DNA of 50,456 nt from contig ONTJ01000023.1 in the NCBI GenBank assembly GCA_900320735.1, forward strand, positions 1-50,456, given 5' to 3'. Numbering within the stretch: the first letter of the stretch is position 1; the number at the start of each line of letters is the position of its first letter. Below the pieces are notes generated by a model that saw only the letters and a list, made by a program, of their open reading frames with translations, made no database searches and was not told where the DNA came from. Positions 31,595 to 40,072 of the stretch are shown piece by piece. The DNA is from an uncultured Eubacteriales bacterium (GTDB lineage: Bacteria; Bacillota_I; Bacilli_A; RF39; UBA660). Made by a program: the position numbers and the translations under genes.

Positions 31595-32909
31595 AAAATT
31601 TTGGTTTTTAGTAAAACAAAGTTTACTTAAAAAGATAAAGACTAAGACATTTATTATTGTAAATATTTTAATGCTCATTGCCTTAGTAGCTTTATTTAAT
31701 ATTGATAGAATAATATTATTATTTGGTGGCAACTTTAATAAGGTTAATAATATAATGGTAATTGATAACACTAAAAAAACATATGAAGTACTAAAGATGA
31801 CAATGGATAGTCAAGAATCAATTATAGATACTGGATTAAAATATAAAATAAAAAAAGTTGATACTGAAAAAGAAGCAAGAAAGAAAATAAAAAAAGATAA
31901 AGATATAGCAATTGTAATAGATGAATCTAAAGATAATATAATTGATGCTAAACTAATATCATATGGGTACATGAATGCTAATCTTCATCAATTGATCGTA
32001 TCAGCCATCAATTCATCAAAACAAATATTAGCAATAGAAGATTTGAATATAAGTCAAGAAGCACTTGCTAAATTAAGTAGTCCGGTTAATGTTGAAAGAG
32101 TATATATTCAAAAAGATAAAAGTGAATCCGAAGAAAATATGAAATATATAATGAGTATAATTACACCTATAATAATATTTCCATTTTTCATGCTTATAAC
32201 TTTAATCGTTCAAATGATAGGTGCTGAAATAAATGAAGAAAAATCAACTAGAAGTATGGAAATAATAATATCAAATGTCTCATCGAAAACACATTTCTTT
32301 TCAAAAGTGCTTGCAGCCAACTTCTTTGTAATAATGCAATGCTTACTGCTTGGTTTATACTCATTAATAGGAGCATTAATTAGAGGCGGTACTAGAATAA
32401 ATTTTGAAGGATTGGATGGTATAGGTAATGGCACAATTTCTAAAGTAAAAGATACGCTAGTATCAACAGGTGTCCTTAATAATATTATTAGTTATATTCC
32501 ACTTGTATTACTTTTAATGCTAATAACAATACTAGGTTATTCATTGCTTGCTGGAATACTTGCATCCATGACAACAAACATGGAAGATTTTCAACAACTT
32601 CAAACACCTATAATGGTAATATTACTTGTTGGATTTTATCTAGCTATAATGAGTCCTATGTTTGAAGGAGCTGTATTTATAAGAATAATTTCATATATAC
32701 CATTTATATCTGCTATATTATCCCCATCACTTTTGCTCTCTGGTGTAATAGATGTAAAGGATATGATACTATCAATTCTACTTATGATAGTAGTAATATA
32801 TTTCTTAATAAAATATGGACTTAGAATATATAAAGAGGGTATACTTAATTATTCAAGTAATAAATTATGGAAGAAAATGATAAAAGCATTAAAAAAAGGT
32901 TCAAATTAA
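31587..32909 (+). CDS. ABC-2 transporter permease (YhaP/NatB-like)
   Basis: EINEEKSTRSMEIIISNV and multiple TMs; start moved to ATG 31587. Confidence 0.9.
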   Translation: MNKKFWFLVKQSLLKKIKTKTFIIVNILMLIALVALFNIDRIILLFGGNFNKVNNIMVIDNTKKTYEVLKMTMDSQESIIDTGLKYKIKKVDTEKEARKKIKKDKDIAIVIDESKDNIIDAKLISYGYMNANLHQLIVSAINSSKQILAIEDLNISQEALAKLSSPVNVERVYIQKDKSESEENMKYIMSIITPIIIFPFFMLITLIVQMIGAEINEEKSTRSMEIIISNVSSKTHFFSKVLAANFFVIMQCLLLGLYSLIGALIRGGTRINFEGLDGIGNGTISKVKDTLVSTGVLNNIISYIPLVLLLMLITILGYSLLAGILASMTTNMEDFQQLQTPIMVILLVGFYLAIMSPMFEGAVFIRIISYIPFISAILSPSLLLSGVIDVKDMILSILLMIVVIYFLIKYGLRIYKEGILNYSSNKLWKKMIKALKKGSN

Positions 32910-32995
32910 CAATTTGAATCTTTTAATTTACACATAAGTGTTAACACAGTTGACTTATATGACTTAGTTTTGTTAATATTAAAGTAGGTGATAAT

Positions 32996-33265
32996 ATGGA
33001 AGATAATTATTTAACGATTACAACTATTGATGGAGAAGAAATAAAGTATAAAATTTTATGCGTTTTTTACATGGAAAGAACCGGTAAGAATTATGTCTTA
33101 TATACGGACGAAAATGAAGAAAAAAATTCTGACAATAGTACTAATGTTTATGCAGCAATTTATTATCCAGATGATGATACTAGAATAGATGAAGTAAGCA
33201 CCAATGAAGAATGGGAAGAAATTGCGAAAGTTATAGAAAAATTGGGGGAAGGTGAAGAAAAATGA
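32996..33265 (+). CDS. DUF1292 family protein
   Basis: KNYVLYTD..VYAAIY..EEWEEI. Confidence 0.8.
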   Translation: MEDNYLTITTIDGEEIKYKILCVFYMERTGKNYVLYTDENEEKNSDNSTNVYAAIYYPDDDTRIDEVSTNEEWEEIAKVIEKLGEGEEK

Positions 33266-34341
33266 CTTTTATTGAAATCTTAACTGAAATGGGACAATAT
33301 GCTGCTGGCGTTGTAATTGGTTTTTCTATTGTAGCAGCGAATAAAGTTGTCGGAGGAAAATATAAATTAAGTAAAGACCCAAAATTACCAAAAGCGGTGA
33401 GTATCAAAAAAGTAACTCTTCCAGGAGAACTAAAGAAGATAAGACCTAGAGTAAAACAAGAATTAAGTGACTATAATGAAAAAATTGATTTTTTTGTAAA
33501 AACACTAGAAAAAAATTATCCAAAAGAATATTTAAAAAATTTATATCATAATTTAAGCTATTTAACTGTTAGAAAGAAAAAATTAAAGGATGCAGGAGGT
33601 CTGTATAAACCATTTTCTAATACTATAGATATAGGCATTGAAGAGGAAGTAAGAACTATATATCATGAATTATTTCATATACCGAGTGCTATTGAAACGG
33701 AATCAGGAATTCTATATCATGAATTATTTCATATGTCGAGTACAATAGATTCTAAACATATAGGCTTTTTTAATAGAAGTATAGGTGATGAACTTAATGA
33801 AGGTTTTACAGATGTATTATCCAAAAGAAATTTTAATAACTATACAGTTGGGTATCCATACTATTATTCAATAGCGAGTATATTAGAAAAAATAGTGGGT
33901 CCTAACATGACAAAGTGTTATTTTGAAGCTAATTTATTAGGTTTAATAGAAGAACTTAAAAAATATATTTCTGAAGAAGAAATAATGCAGTTTTTAACAA
34001 ATTTAAGTAAAATTGGGGATTTGACTCAAGATAATAGATTTAATGTTAATGATTATAATAAAAAGACAGTTGTTATGCTAATAGGAAAAATAAGTAAATT
34101 TATATTAGAAATATATGATTCGTATCTTAAAAAGGAACTACAAGAAGGAAGAATTAATAATGAAGAATATATTAATGAGTTACAAGAGTTAATAATGGGT
34201 TACGGAGTAATGAGTGCAGCTGTAAGAATTAATGGAAGATACTATGCAAACCCATTAACTACTATAGATGAGAAAAATCGAAAAACTGTATTAACAAGTG
34301 AATATGAAGATGTTAGTGAATATCAATCCATGGGATTATAA
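33262..34341 (+). CDS. Hypothetical zincin-like metalloprotein with a duplicated HExxH motif
   Basis: YHELFH twice plus downstream LNEGFT; N-terminal hydrophobic segment; ATGA overlap with the DUF1292 gene. Confidence 0.65.
   Translation: MTFIEILTEMGQYAAGVVIGFSIVAANKVVGGKYKLSKDPKLPKAVSIKKVTLPGELKKIRPRVKQELSDYNEKIDFFVKTLEKNYPKEYLKNLYHNLSYLTVRKKKLKDAGGLYKPFSNTIDIGIEEEVRTIYHELFHIPSAIETESGILYHELFHMSSTIDSKHIGFFNRSIGDELNEGFTDVLSKRNFNNYTVGYPYYYSIASILEKIVGPNMTKCYFEANLLGLIEELKKYISEEEIMQFLTNLSKIGDLTQDNRFNVNDYNKKTVVMLIGKISKFILEIYDSYLKKELQEGRINNEEYINELQELIMGYGVMSAAVRINGRYYANPLTTIDEKNRKTVLTSEYEDVSEYQSMGL
33659..33734 (+). repeat. 22-bp exact direct repeat at 54-bp period
   Basis: tatatcatgaattatttcatat at 33659-33680 and 33713-33734. 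Confidence 0.95.
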
Positions 34342-34344
34342 AAG

Positions 34345-34376
34345 AAAAAAGATTATTATAAAAATAATCTTTTTTT
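34345..34376. terminator. Bidirectional terminator
   Basis: aaaaaagattatt...aataatctttttt. Confidence 0.75.
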
Positions 34377-34384
34377 ATTATATA

Positions 34385-34461
<77 letters not shown>

Positions 34462-34546
34462 ACATTTAAATTATATCATATTTTATTCATAATATTGCAA
34501 AAAATAATTAAATTATGATATAATCAGGCTAATAGGAGGAATGAGT

Positions 34547-34990
34547 ATGGATAATAAAAGTACTACAAGTGAAAAAGTAAAAAACTTAAAAGGAAAAGGT
34601 AAGGGACTTCTTGATGAATTCAAATCATTCATATTAAGGGGAAACGTAATGGACATGGCTATAGGTGTTATTATAGGTAGCGCATTTACTGGTATAGTAA
34701 CAGCTTTAACTAATGATTTCATTAATCCACTTATAAATGGTATTGGTGGTGCTGAATTTGGCGGAAGAATAAGAATATATGGTGGACAATATATAAGATA
34801 TGGTGATTTTATTACATCAGTTATTAACTTTTTAATTATAGCATTTGTATTGTTTATAATTCTTAAAGGAGTTAATAAATTAATGGATATTGGCAAGAAA
34901 AAAGAAGTAGAAGCAACACCACAAATAGTAAAATCAGATGAAGCAATATTACTTGAAGAAATAAGAGATTTATTAAAGAAAAATAAGTAA
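34547..34990 (+). CDS. mscL: Large-conductance mechanosensitive channel
   Basis: EFKSFILRGNVMDMAIGVIIG and LLEEIRDLL; start 34547 (or 34541). Confidence 0.96.
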   Translation: MDNKSTTSEKVKNLKGKGKGLLDEFKSFILRGNVMDMAIGVIIGSAFTGIVTALTNDFINPLINGIGGAEFGGRIRIYGGQYIRYGDFITSVINFLIIAFVLFIILKGVNKLMDIGKKKEVEATPQIVKSDEAILLEEIRDLLKKNK

Positions 34991-35023
34991 CAAATTAATA
35001 ATATATGAATAATATATAGCAGT

Positions 35024-35101
35024 ATGGAATTTATATTACCGTTTATATTCTTATTCATATTTTTTTTAGCTATTGCGTATATAAAAAATAGAGATAAGTA
35101 G
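35024..35101 (+). CDS. Putative 25-aa single-TM peptide MEFILPFIFLFIFFLAIAYIKNRDK
   Basis: Hydrophobic helix plus basic tail, located before the mscL terminator; no clear RBS. Confidence 0.4.
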   Translation: MEFILPFIFLFIFFLAIAYIKNRDK

Positions 35102-35180
35102 ATGTAAAGAAGATAATGAAATTATTAAAAAGTAGCCATAAAGGTTACTTTTTATATTATAATCAATTATAGGAGTAAGT

Positions 35181-35729
35181 ATGAAAAAGAAAATATATTT
35201 AGTGTTGTCACAAAATTATACAATATTATCGAGAATAATAAAAATAGTTACTAAAGATAAATATTCTCATATATCTATATCTTTTGATAAGCAGTGTACA
35301 GATATGTATGCGATAGGAAGGACATTTACTAGATGGCCTTTTTCAGGTAATTACAAAAATGAAAGTATATATGAAGGAGTTTATACTCTAAATAAAAAAT
35401 CTCAAATAGTAGTTTATGAACTTAGTGTAAGCAATAATCAATACAAAAATATAAAACAATTACTAAATAAATATGGCAATGAGAGTAAAGGATATAATTT
35501 TTTGGGATTGATATTTGCACTCTTTAATAAAAAATTAAATAGAAAAAAATATTATTGTTCTGAATTTATATACAAAATCTTATCAGATGATAATGTTAAA
35601 TTATTTTCAAAAACTAAAGATGTAGTCAAACCAATGGATTTTGTAAAAATGAAAAATTTAAATAAAATATATGAGGGAAATATTATCAAATATAAAGATA
35701 TGAATATTTATGAAAAAATAATGATTTAA
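35181..35729 (+). CDS. Permuted NlpC/P60 papain-like protein (YiiX/YebB-like)
   Basis: YSHISI histidine precedes YN..and YYCSEF cysteine. Confidence 0.7.
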   Translation: MKKKIYLVLSQNYTILSRIIKIVTKDKYSHISISFDKQCTDMYAIGRTFTRWPFSGNYKNESIYEGVYTLNKKSQIVVYELSVSNNQYKNIKQLLNKYGNESKGYNFLGLIFALFNKKLNRKKYYCSEFIYKILSDDNVKLFSKTKDVVKPMDFVKMKNLNKIYEGNIIKYKDMNIYEKIMI

Positions 35730-35763
35730 TATGTTATAATTAATAAAGAAAGGTAGTGATAGT

Positions 35764-36333
35764 ATGTTAAGAAGAGTTTTTAGAGCATCTTTAATAACAT
35801 CAATTTTATTATTTATATTTGGATTGTTTTTAGTGTTTAATTCAGAAGGTTTTATAAAATCAATATCAACAGTATTAGGAATTATATTATTAATAATAGG
35901 AGTACTTCCAGTAGCTGATTTCTTTAGATATCGAAAAAGTGATATAACAAGCGGTATTGGCCTTATTTCAGGAATATTTTCAATAGTATGTGGACTTATG
36001 TTTTTGTTAAATGAAAATATGCTTATGGTTTTAATACCAGTATTTATAGGAGTATGGATGATTATAAATGGTATTAATAAATTTCAATTATCATTTAATC
36101 TAAAAGATCAATATGAGAAAACTTGGATAATAACATTCATATTTTCTATTGTTACAATAGTTTGTGGTGGATATTTTATAATAAATCCAATAAGTGGAGC
36201 TAAAATAGTAACACAAACACTTGGAATAATAATATGTGTGTATGCATTATTTGATATAGTTGACTGCATACTAATTAAGAAAAAATTTAAAGAAATAACA
36301 ACTGAAATATCAAAAGTTGTTGATGAACAATAA
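35764..36333 (+). CDS. HdeD/DUF308 family membrane protein
   Basis: Six TM helices in two repeats with GIILLIIG, GVWMIING and NP motifs. Confidence 0.85.
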   Translation: MLRRVFRASLITSILLFIFGLFLVFNSEGFIKSISTVLGIILLIIGVLPVADFFRYRKSDITSGIGLISGIFSIVCGLMFLLNENMLMVLIPVFIGVWMIINGINKFQLSFNLKDQYEKTWIITFIFSIVTIVCGGYFIINPISGAKIVTQTLGIIICVYALFDIVDCILIKKKFKEITTEISKVVDEQ

Positions 36334-36356
36334 CTAATGAGAAATCATTAGTTTTT
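36332..36356 (+). repeat. 25-bp terminator repeat, left copy
   Basis: aactaatgagaaatcattagttttt, identical to 41809-41833. Confidence 0.92.
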
Positions 36357-36384
36357 ATTTAAAATATGTTATAATAAAATTAAC

Positions 36385-36415
36385 TTGACTTTCCAGTTAA
36401 CTGTAATGTTATACT
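36385..36415 (+). promoter_or_regulatory. MerR-type promoter/operator 1
   Basis: TTGACT-N19-TATACT with dyad ttcCAGTTAACTGtaa in the spacer. Confidence 0.85.
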
Positions 36416-36435
36416 CTAGTCAGAAAGGAGGAAGC

Positions 36436-36828
36436 ATGCTTTATAAAATAGGAGATTTCTCTAAAAAATGTGGTGTAAGTGTTAAGACACTTAGATATTA
36501 TGATGAAATTAATCTATTTAAGCCAGTGGATATAGATTTATACACAGGATATAGATATTATTCAGATGAGCAACTTAATGATATAGAAATAATACTTAAG
36601 TTAAAAGATGCATCATTTTCTTTAGAAGAGATAAAAGATTATTGGAATAATTTTAGTGATAATATTATGTTAAAAAAGAAAAAAGAACTATTTGAAGAAA
36701 TGGATAAGATGCAAGATAAAATTAGAGAAATAGACTATTTAAGAAGTAATATTGTTAACGGTAAAATTATTTTAAATCGAAATAAACAGAAAGAAGAAAA
36801 TAATATTAAAAAGAAAGTATGGAGGTAA
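36436..36828 (+). CDS. MerR-family transcriptional regulator
   Basis: YKIGDFSK..VSVKTLRYYDEINLF..TGYRYY..FSLEEIK; RBS AAAGGAGG gives start 36436. Confidence 0.93.
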   Translation: MLYKIGDFSKKCGVSVKTLRYYDEINLFKPVDIDLYTGYRYYSDEQLNDIEIILKLKDASFSLEEIKDYWNNFSDNIMLKKKKELFEEMDKMQDKIREIDYLRSNIVNGKIILNRNKQKEENNIKKKVWR

Positions 36829-36831
36829 TTT

Positions 36832-37851
36832 ATGAAAAATACAAATTTAATTTTAGGAAAAATAGGAACAGGTAAAACTACTGGAATAATGTTTAATGAA
36901 GTAGACAAAATAATTGAAAGAAAAGAAAATTTATTTATTGTAGATAATAAAGAAGAATATTATAAAACTTATGCTGAAAAATTAATTAATAATGGATATA
37001 ATGTAAAAGTTATTAATTTTAAAAGTCCAATTAATTCAAACGGATTTAATCCTTTATTAATGCCATATAGATTATACAAAAATGGTAATAAAGATATTGC
37101 AATTAAACTTATTAATAATTTTTCAAAAAATATTATGCATAAACAAGATATTATGGATCCATTTTGGACAGACTCAGCATCTAGCTATTTAACAGGATTA
37201 ATACTTACTTTATTTAAAGAAGGCAGTGTCGATGAAATTAATCTTGCAAGTGTGCATATAATGATATCTAAAGTAGAAGAAAGCATAGATAAATTTAGAG
37301 CATATGTTAATAATTTAGATTTAGTAAGTCCTGAATATACATTTTTATCTAGTACAGTAAATTCTCCAAATGACACTAGGGGAGGAATAATTTCAGTACT
37401 AAAGATGGAATTAACTAAATATTTATCAACAGATAATTTATTAAATCTATTATGTACTAATGACATTGACTTATCAAATATTGATGGTAAGACTGTTATA
37501 TTTGTAATTGGTAATAACGATTATAAAAAACTTACAAGTGTAGTTATAAGTGAAGTGATTAATAGTAATAATACATTTAATTACATTCTAGATAATTTCG
37601 ATTCACTTGAAAAAATAATGGAATTTGATGATTTACTTGATAATGCATTAGTTGATAATAATAAAGTATATGTTATATCAAGAAATATAGAAAATCTAAA
37701 TCAAAAGTATGGAAACTTAATAGTGGATAAATTTGAAGTGATAGAAAATATTGAAATGGGGGAAAACTTAGAGGAAGTAGGTAAATATAATGTTTATCCA
37801 ACAATAGATAAACAAGTTAAAAAATACTTTGATCTAAGTAGTATATTATAA
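36832..37851 (+). CDS. Soluble, degenerate VirD4/TraG-like coupling-protein ATPase domain
   Basis: Walker A GKIGTGKT, VDNKEE (cf. DPKGE), GYNVKVINF..S..FNPL, DPFWTDSA, Walker B YILDNF; no TM. Confidence 0.8.
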   Translation: MKNTNLILGKIGTGKTTGIMFNEVDKIIERKENLFIVDNKEEYYKTYAEKLINNGYNVKVINFKSPINSNGFNPLLMPYRLYKNGNKDIAIKLINNFSKNIMHKQDIMDPFWTDSASSYLTGLILTLFKEGSVDEINLASVHIMISKVEESIDKFRAYVNNLDLVSPEYTFLSSTVNSPNDTRGGIISVLKMELTKYLSTDNLLNLLCTNDIDLSNIDGKTVIFVIGNNDYKKLTSVVISEVINSNNTFNYILDNFDSLEKIMEFDDLLDNALVDNNKVYVISRNIENLNQKYGNLIVDKFEVIENIEMGENLEEVGKYNVYPTIDKQVKKYFDLSSIL

Positions 37852-37970
37852 TGAGAAATATAAGGGTAAAAAAATATTATTTATATAATATAAAAAAGGA
37901 ATTATTAGTAGAAAAACAGCAAGAATTAGAAAATAAGAATGCTAAAAAATTAGTATTAAAAATGAATTAG
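37851..37970 (+). CDS. Putative 39-aa basic peptide MRNIRVKKYYLYNIKKELLVEKQQELENKNAKKLVLKMN
   Basis: TAATG stop/start overlap with the upstream gene; ends at the terminator. Confidence 0.5.
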   Translation: MRNIRVKKYYLYNIKKELLVEKQQELENKNAKKLVLKMN

Positions 37971-37993
37971 AGCAAATAGGTTGCTCTTTTTTT
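37969..37993 (+). terminator. Intrinsic terminator ending the merR operon
   Basis: agagcaa-atagg-ttgctct plus T tract. Confidence 0.8.
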
Positions 37994-38068
37994 GTAAACT
38001 AAAAGTCAAAATAATATGTAAATCTATATAAATATGATAAAATAATTATAGAAATAGAGGATGATAAT

Positions 38069-39190
38069 ATGTCAAACGATGATAATAAAAAAGTAGTAAT
38101 AACAGATGATCAATATAAGAAATTAAACTGGTACTATAATGAATTATGTTTAGGGCTTTTACTTAATGATTCATTTTTACTTAATAATTTAAATTTGCTT
38201 GGAAACCTAAGCGTAGCAGTTTTGAATTTATTAGATAACTTCAATTTAGAAATTACATCAATTGATGAAAACTTTACTTTTATGGAAGTATATGACAAGG
38301 CAAAAGAGGTAATAAAAGAAATAAAACCAGAATATTTAGAAGATTATAATAAATTAATAGATAGTGGTATATTAGATTTTAATTATGAAAGATTAGATAT
38401 ACCATTAGAAGAAAGAAGCAAATTTGGTCAATCAGTATTTTATCCTTACTACAAGGCTGATGAGGATAATACTCGTATACCAGAAATGGATAATATATAC
38501 ATTGATGAAACATTCAACTATGACGCAGTTGCAGTTTTAGTACATGAATATTTTCATAGAACTAATGAATCTAATAGTACCGCAAGATATCTATTAACTG
38601 AATATATATCAAGTTATTTTGAAATATATACATATGAATATTTAAAAAAACAAGGTGTAGATCCTAGTAGATTAAATTTAGCATTTAGACTATATGATTT
38701 AAAAAAATGTGCAGATTTTTTAGATTTTGAAAGTTTTTACATGTATACATATGAAACATTAGGAGGATTTAACGACAATAATTTTGAATATATAAATTAT
38801 TCAAAATTATCTGAGAATCAGCATAAAGAAAACTTACTTTCAATACTAGAAAGATTTGAAAGGTGTGAAGAAGAATATAATAAGCAAGATGAAAGAGAAA
38901 AAGAACCTTCAAAATTTAAATATTATTTAGCATCAAAATGCAATAGTCACTATAGATATTTTATCGGCGCATTACTAGCGTATTATTCACTTTATAATTT
39001 AGATAAAGAAGATGTACTTAGATTAAATGAAGAATTTAGAAAAGTAGATAGTATGAATTTTTCTGAAGCACTAGATATATTAGGTGTTGAACTTAATGAT
39101 GAATTAATATCAAAGTCATTAGATGCAGTAGAAAAATATGCACAAGAAAATAATTTGCTAAAAGATAAAGAAGCAAATAAGAAAATGTAG
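38069..39190 (+). CDS. Hypothetical gluzincin-like (HExxH) protein
   Basis: LVHEYFH..LTEYISSYFE and HYRYFIGALLAY, reminiscent of the M3 peptidase core. Confidence 0.6.
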   Translation: MSNDDNKKVVITDDQYKKLNWYYNELCLGLLLNDSFLLNNLNLLGNLSVAVLNLLDNFNLEITSIDENFTFMEVYDKAKEVIKEIKPEYLEDYNKLIDSGILDFNYERLDIPLEERSKFGQSVFYPYYKADEDNTRIPEMDNIYIDETFNYDAVAVLVHEYFHRTNESNSTARYLLTEYISSYFEIYTYEYLKKQGVDPSRLNLAFRLYDLKKCADFLDFESFYMYTYETLGGFNDNNFEYINYSKLSENQHKENLLSILERFERCEEEYNKQDEREKEPSKFKYYLASKCNSHYRYFIGALLAYYSLYNLDKEDVLRLNEEFRKVDSMNFSEALDILGVELNDELISKSLDAVEKYAQENNLLKDKEANKKM

Positions 39191-39201
39191 GTGATGAATG
39201 T

Positions 39202-39966
39202 ATGAAAAAATATGCAATAATAACAGATATTCATGGTAATATTGAAGGACTAAATGCTATTTTAAATGATATAAAACAAAAGGATGTCGATGACATATTT
39301 TGCCTTGGTGATACCATAGATTTAGGCCTTAATTCAAAAGAATGCATAGATGTACTTATGGAAAATAATATAAAAACAATTCTAGGTAATCACGAACTTT
39401 ATTTATTAAGAGGAACGGATATTGATAAATCTATTGAAGGTGAAGAAAAAGAACACTGCAAATGGACTAAAAGTAACCTTACAGATAAGGAAGTTAATTT
39501 TATTAAATCATGTCCATTATATTATAAAGTAAATATATCGTATGAGAATAATAGTGAAAAAGAAATAATATTATGTCATTACTTGATTAAAGATGAAAAA
39601 TTAGAACAACCATTTGAAGAAAATAATTTAAAAAATGATATAAATCTATGGATCAAATATAATAACCCAAATATTATTTATATTATTGGTCATCTTCATA
39701 AAAACTTTGATGCTAATGAAGTTAATGGAATAAGTGGAGATATTATTGAAGAAATAGGTGAACTTTCTAATATTGAAATTGTAGAAAGTTCGGGTTGTTC
39801 ATATGATGAATATGTATCATATATGATTATAGAAATAGATAGAACTATTAAATTCGAAAAAGTAAAAGTAAGATTTGATAGGTATAAATTTATTAATAAA
39901 ATAATAAATACTGACTTTCCAGATAAAAAGAATATATTAAAAAATTTTTATAATGAAGAAATTTAA
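39202..39966 (+). CDS. Calcineurin-like metallophosphoesterase
   Basis: DIHGN, LGDTID, GNHE and GHLH. Confidence 0.9.
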   Translation: MKKYAIITDIHGNIEGLNAILNDIKQKDVDDIFCLGDTIDLGLNSKECIDVLMENNIKTILGNHELYLLRGTDIDKSIEGEEKEHCKWTKSNLTDKEVNFIKSCPLYYKVNISYENNSEKEIILCHYLIKDEKLEQPFEENNLKNDINLWIKYNNPNIIYIIGHLHKNFDANEVNGISGDIIEEIGELSNIEIVESSGCSYDEYVSYMIIEIDRTIKFEKVKVRFDRYKFINKIINTDFPDKKNILKNFYNEEI

Positions 39967-39984
39967 AATAGTTTAAAAAAATAC

Positions 39985-40015
39985 TTGACTCTCCACTTAA
40001 GTGGAGGTTTATAAT
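39985..40015 (+). promoter_or_regulatory. MerR-type promoter/operator 2
   Basis: TTGACT-N19-TATAAT with perfect 16-bp palindrome CTCCACTTAAGTGGAG (39991-40006). Confidence 0.88.
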
Positions 40016-40072
40016 GTGTTTGAAATGGAATTTTTATGTTATAATTAACATATAGTAATGGGAGTTGGTAGT

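Noticed and set aside
33659-33734. Possible CRISPR mini-array or DGR template/variable repeat
   Set aside because: Only two 22-bp copies, in frame inside a CDS; no cas or reverse transcriptase gene in the window
34513-35058. 181-aa minus-strand ORF
   Set aside because: Antisense shadow of mscL with no RBS or family motifs
36385-36435. N-terminal extension of MerR given in the ORF track
   Set aside because: This is the promoter/operator and RBS; the true start is ATG 36436
36832-37851. A complete ICE or conjugative element
   Set aside because: No relaxase, VirB4/VirB6, integrase or recognisable oriT nearby
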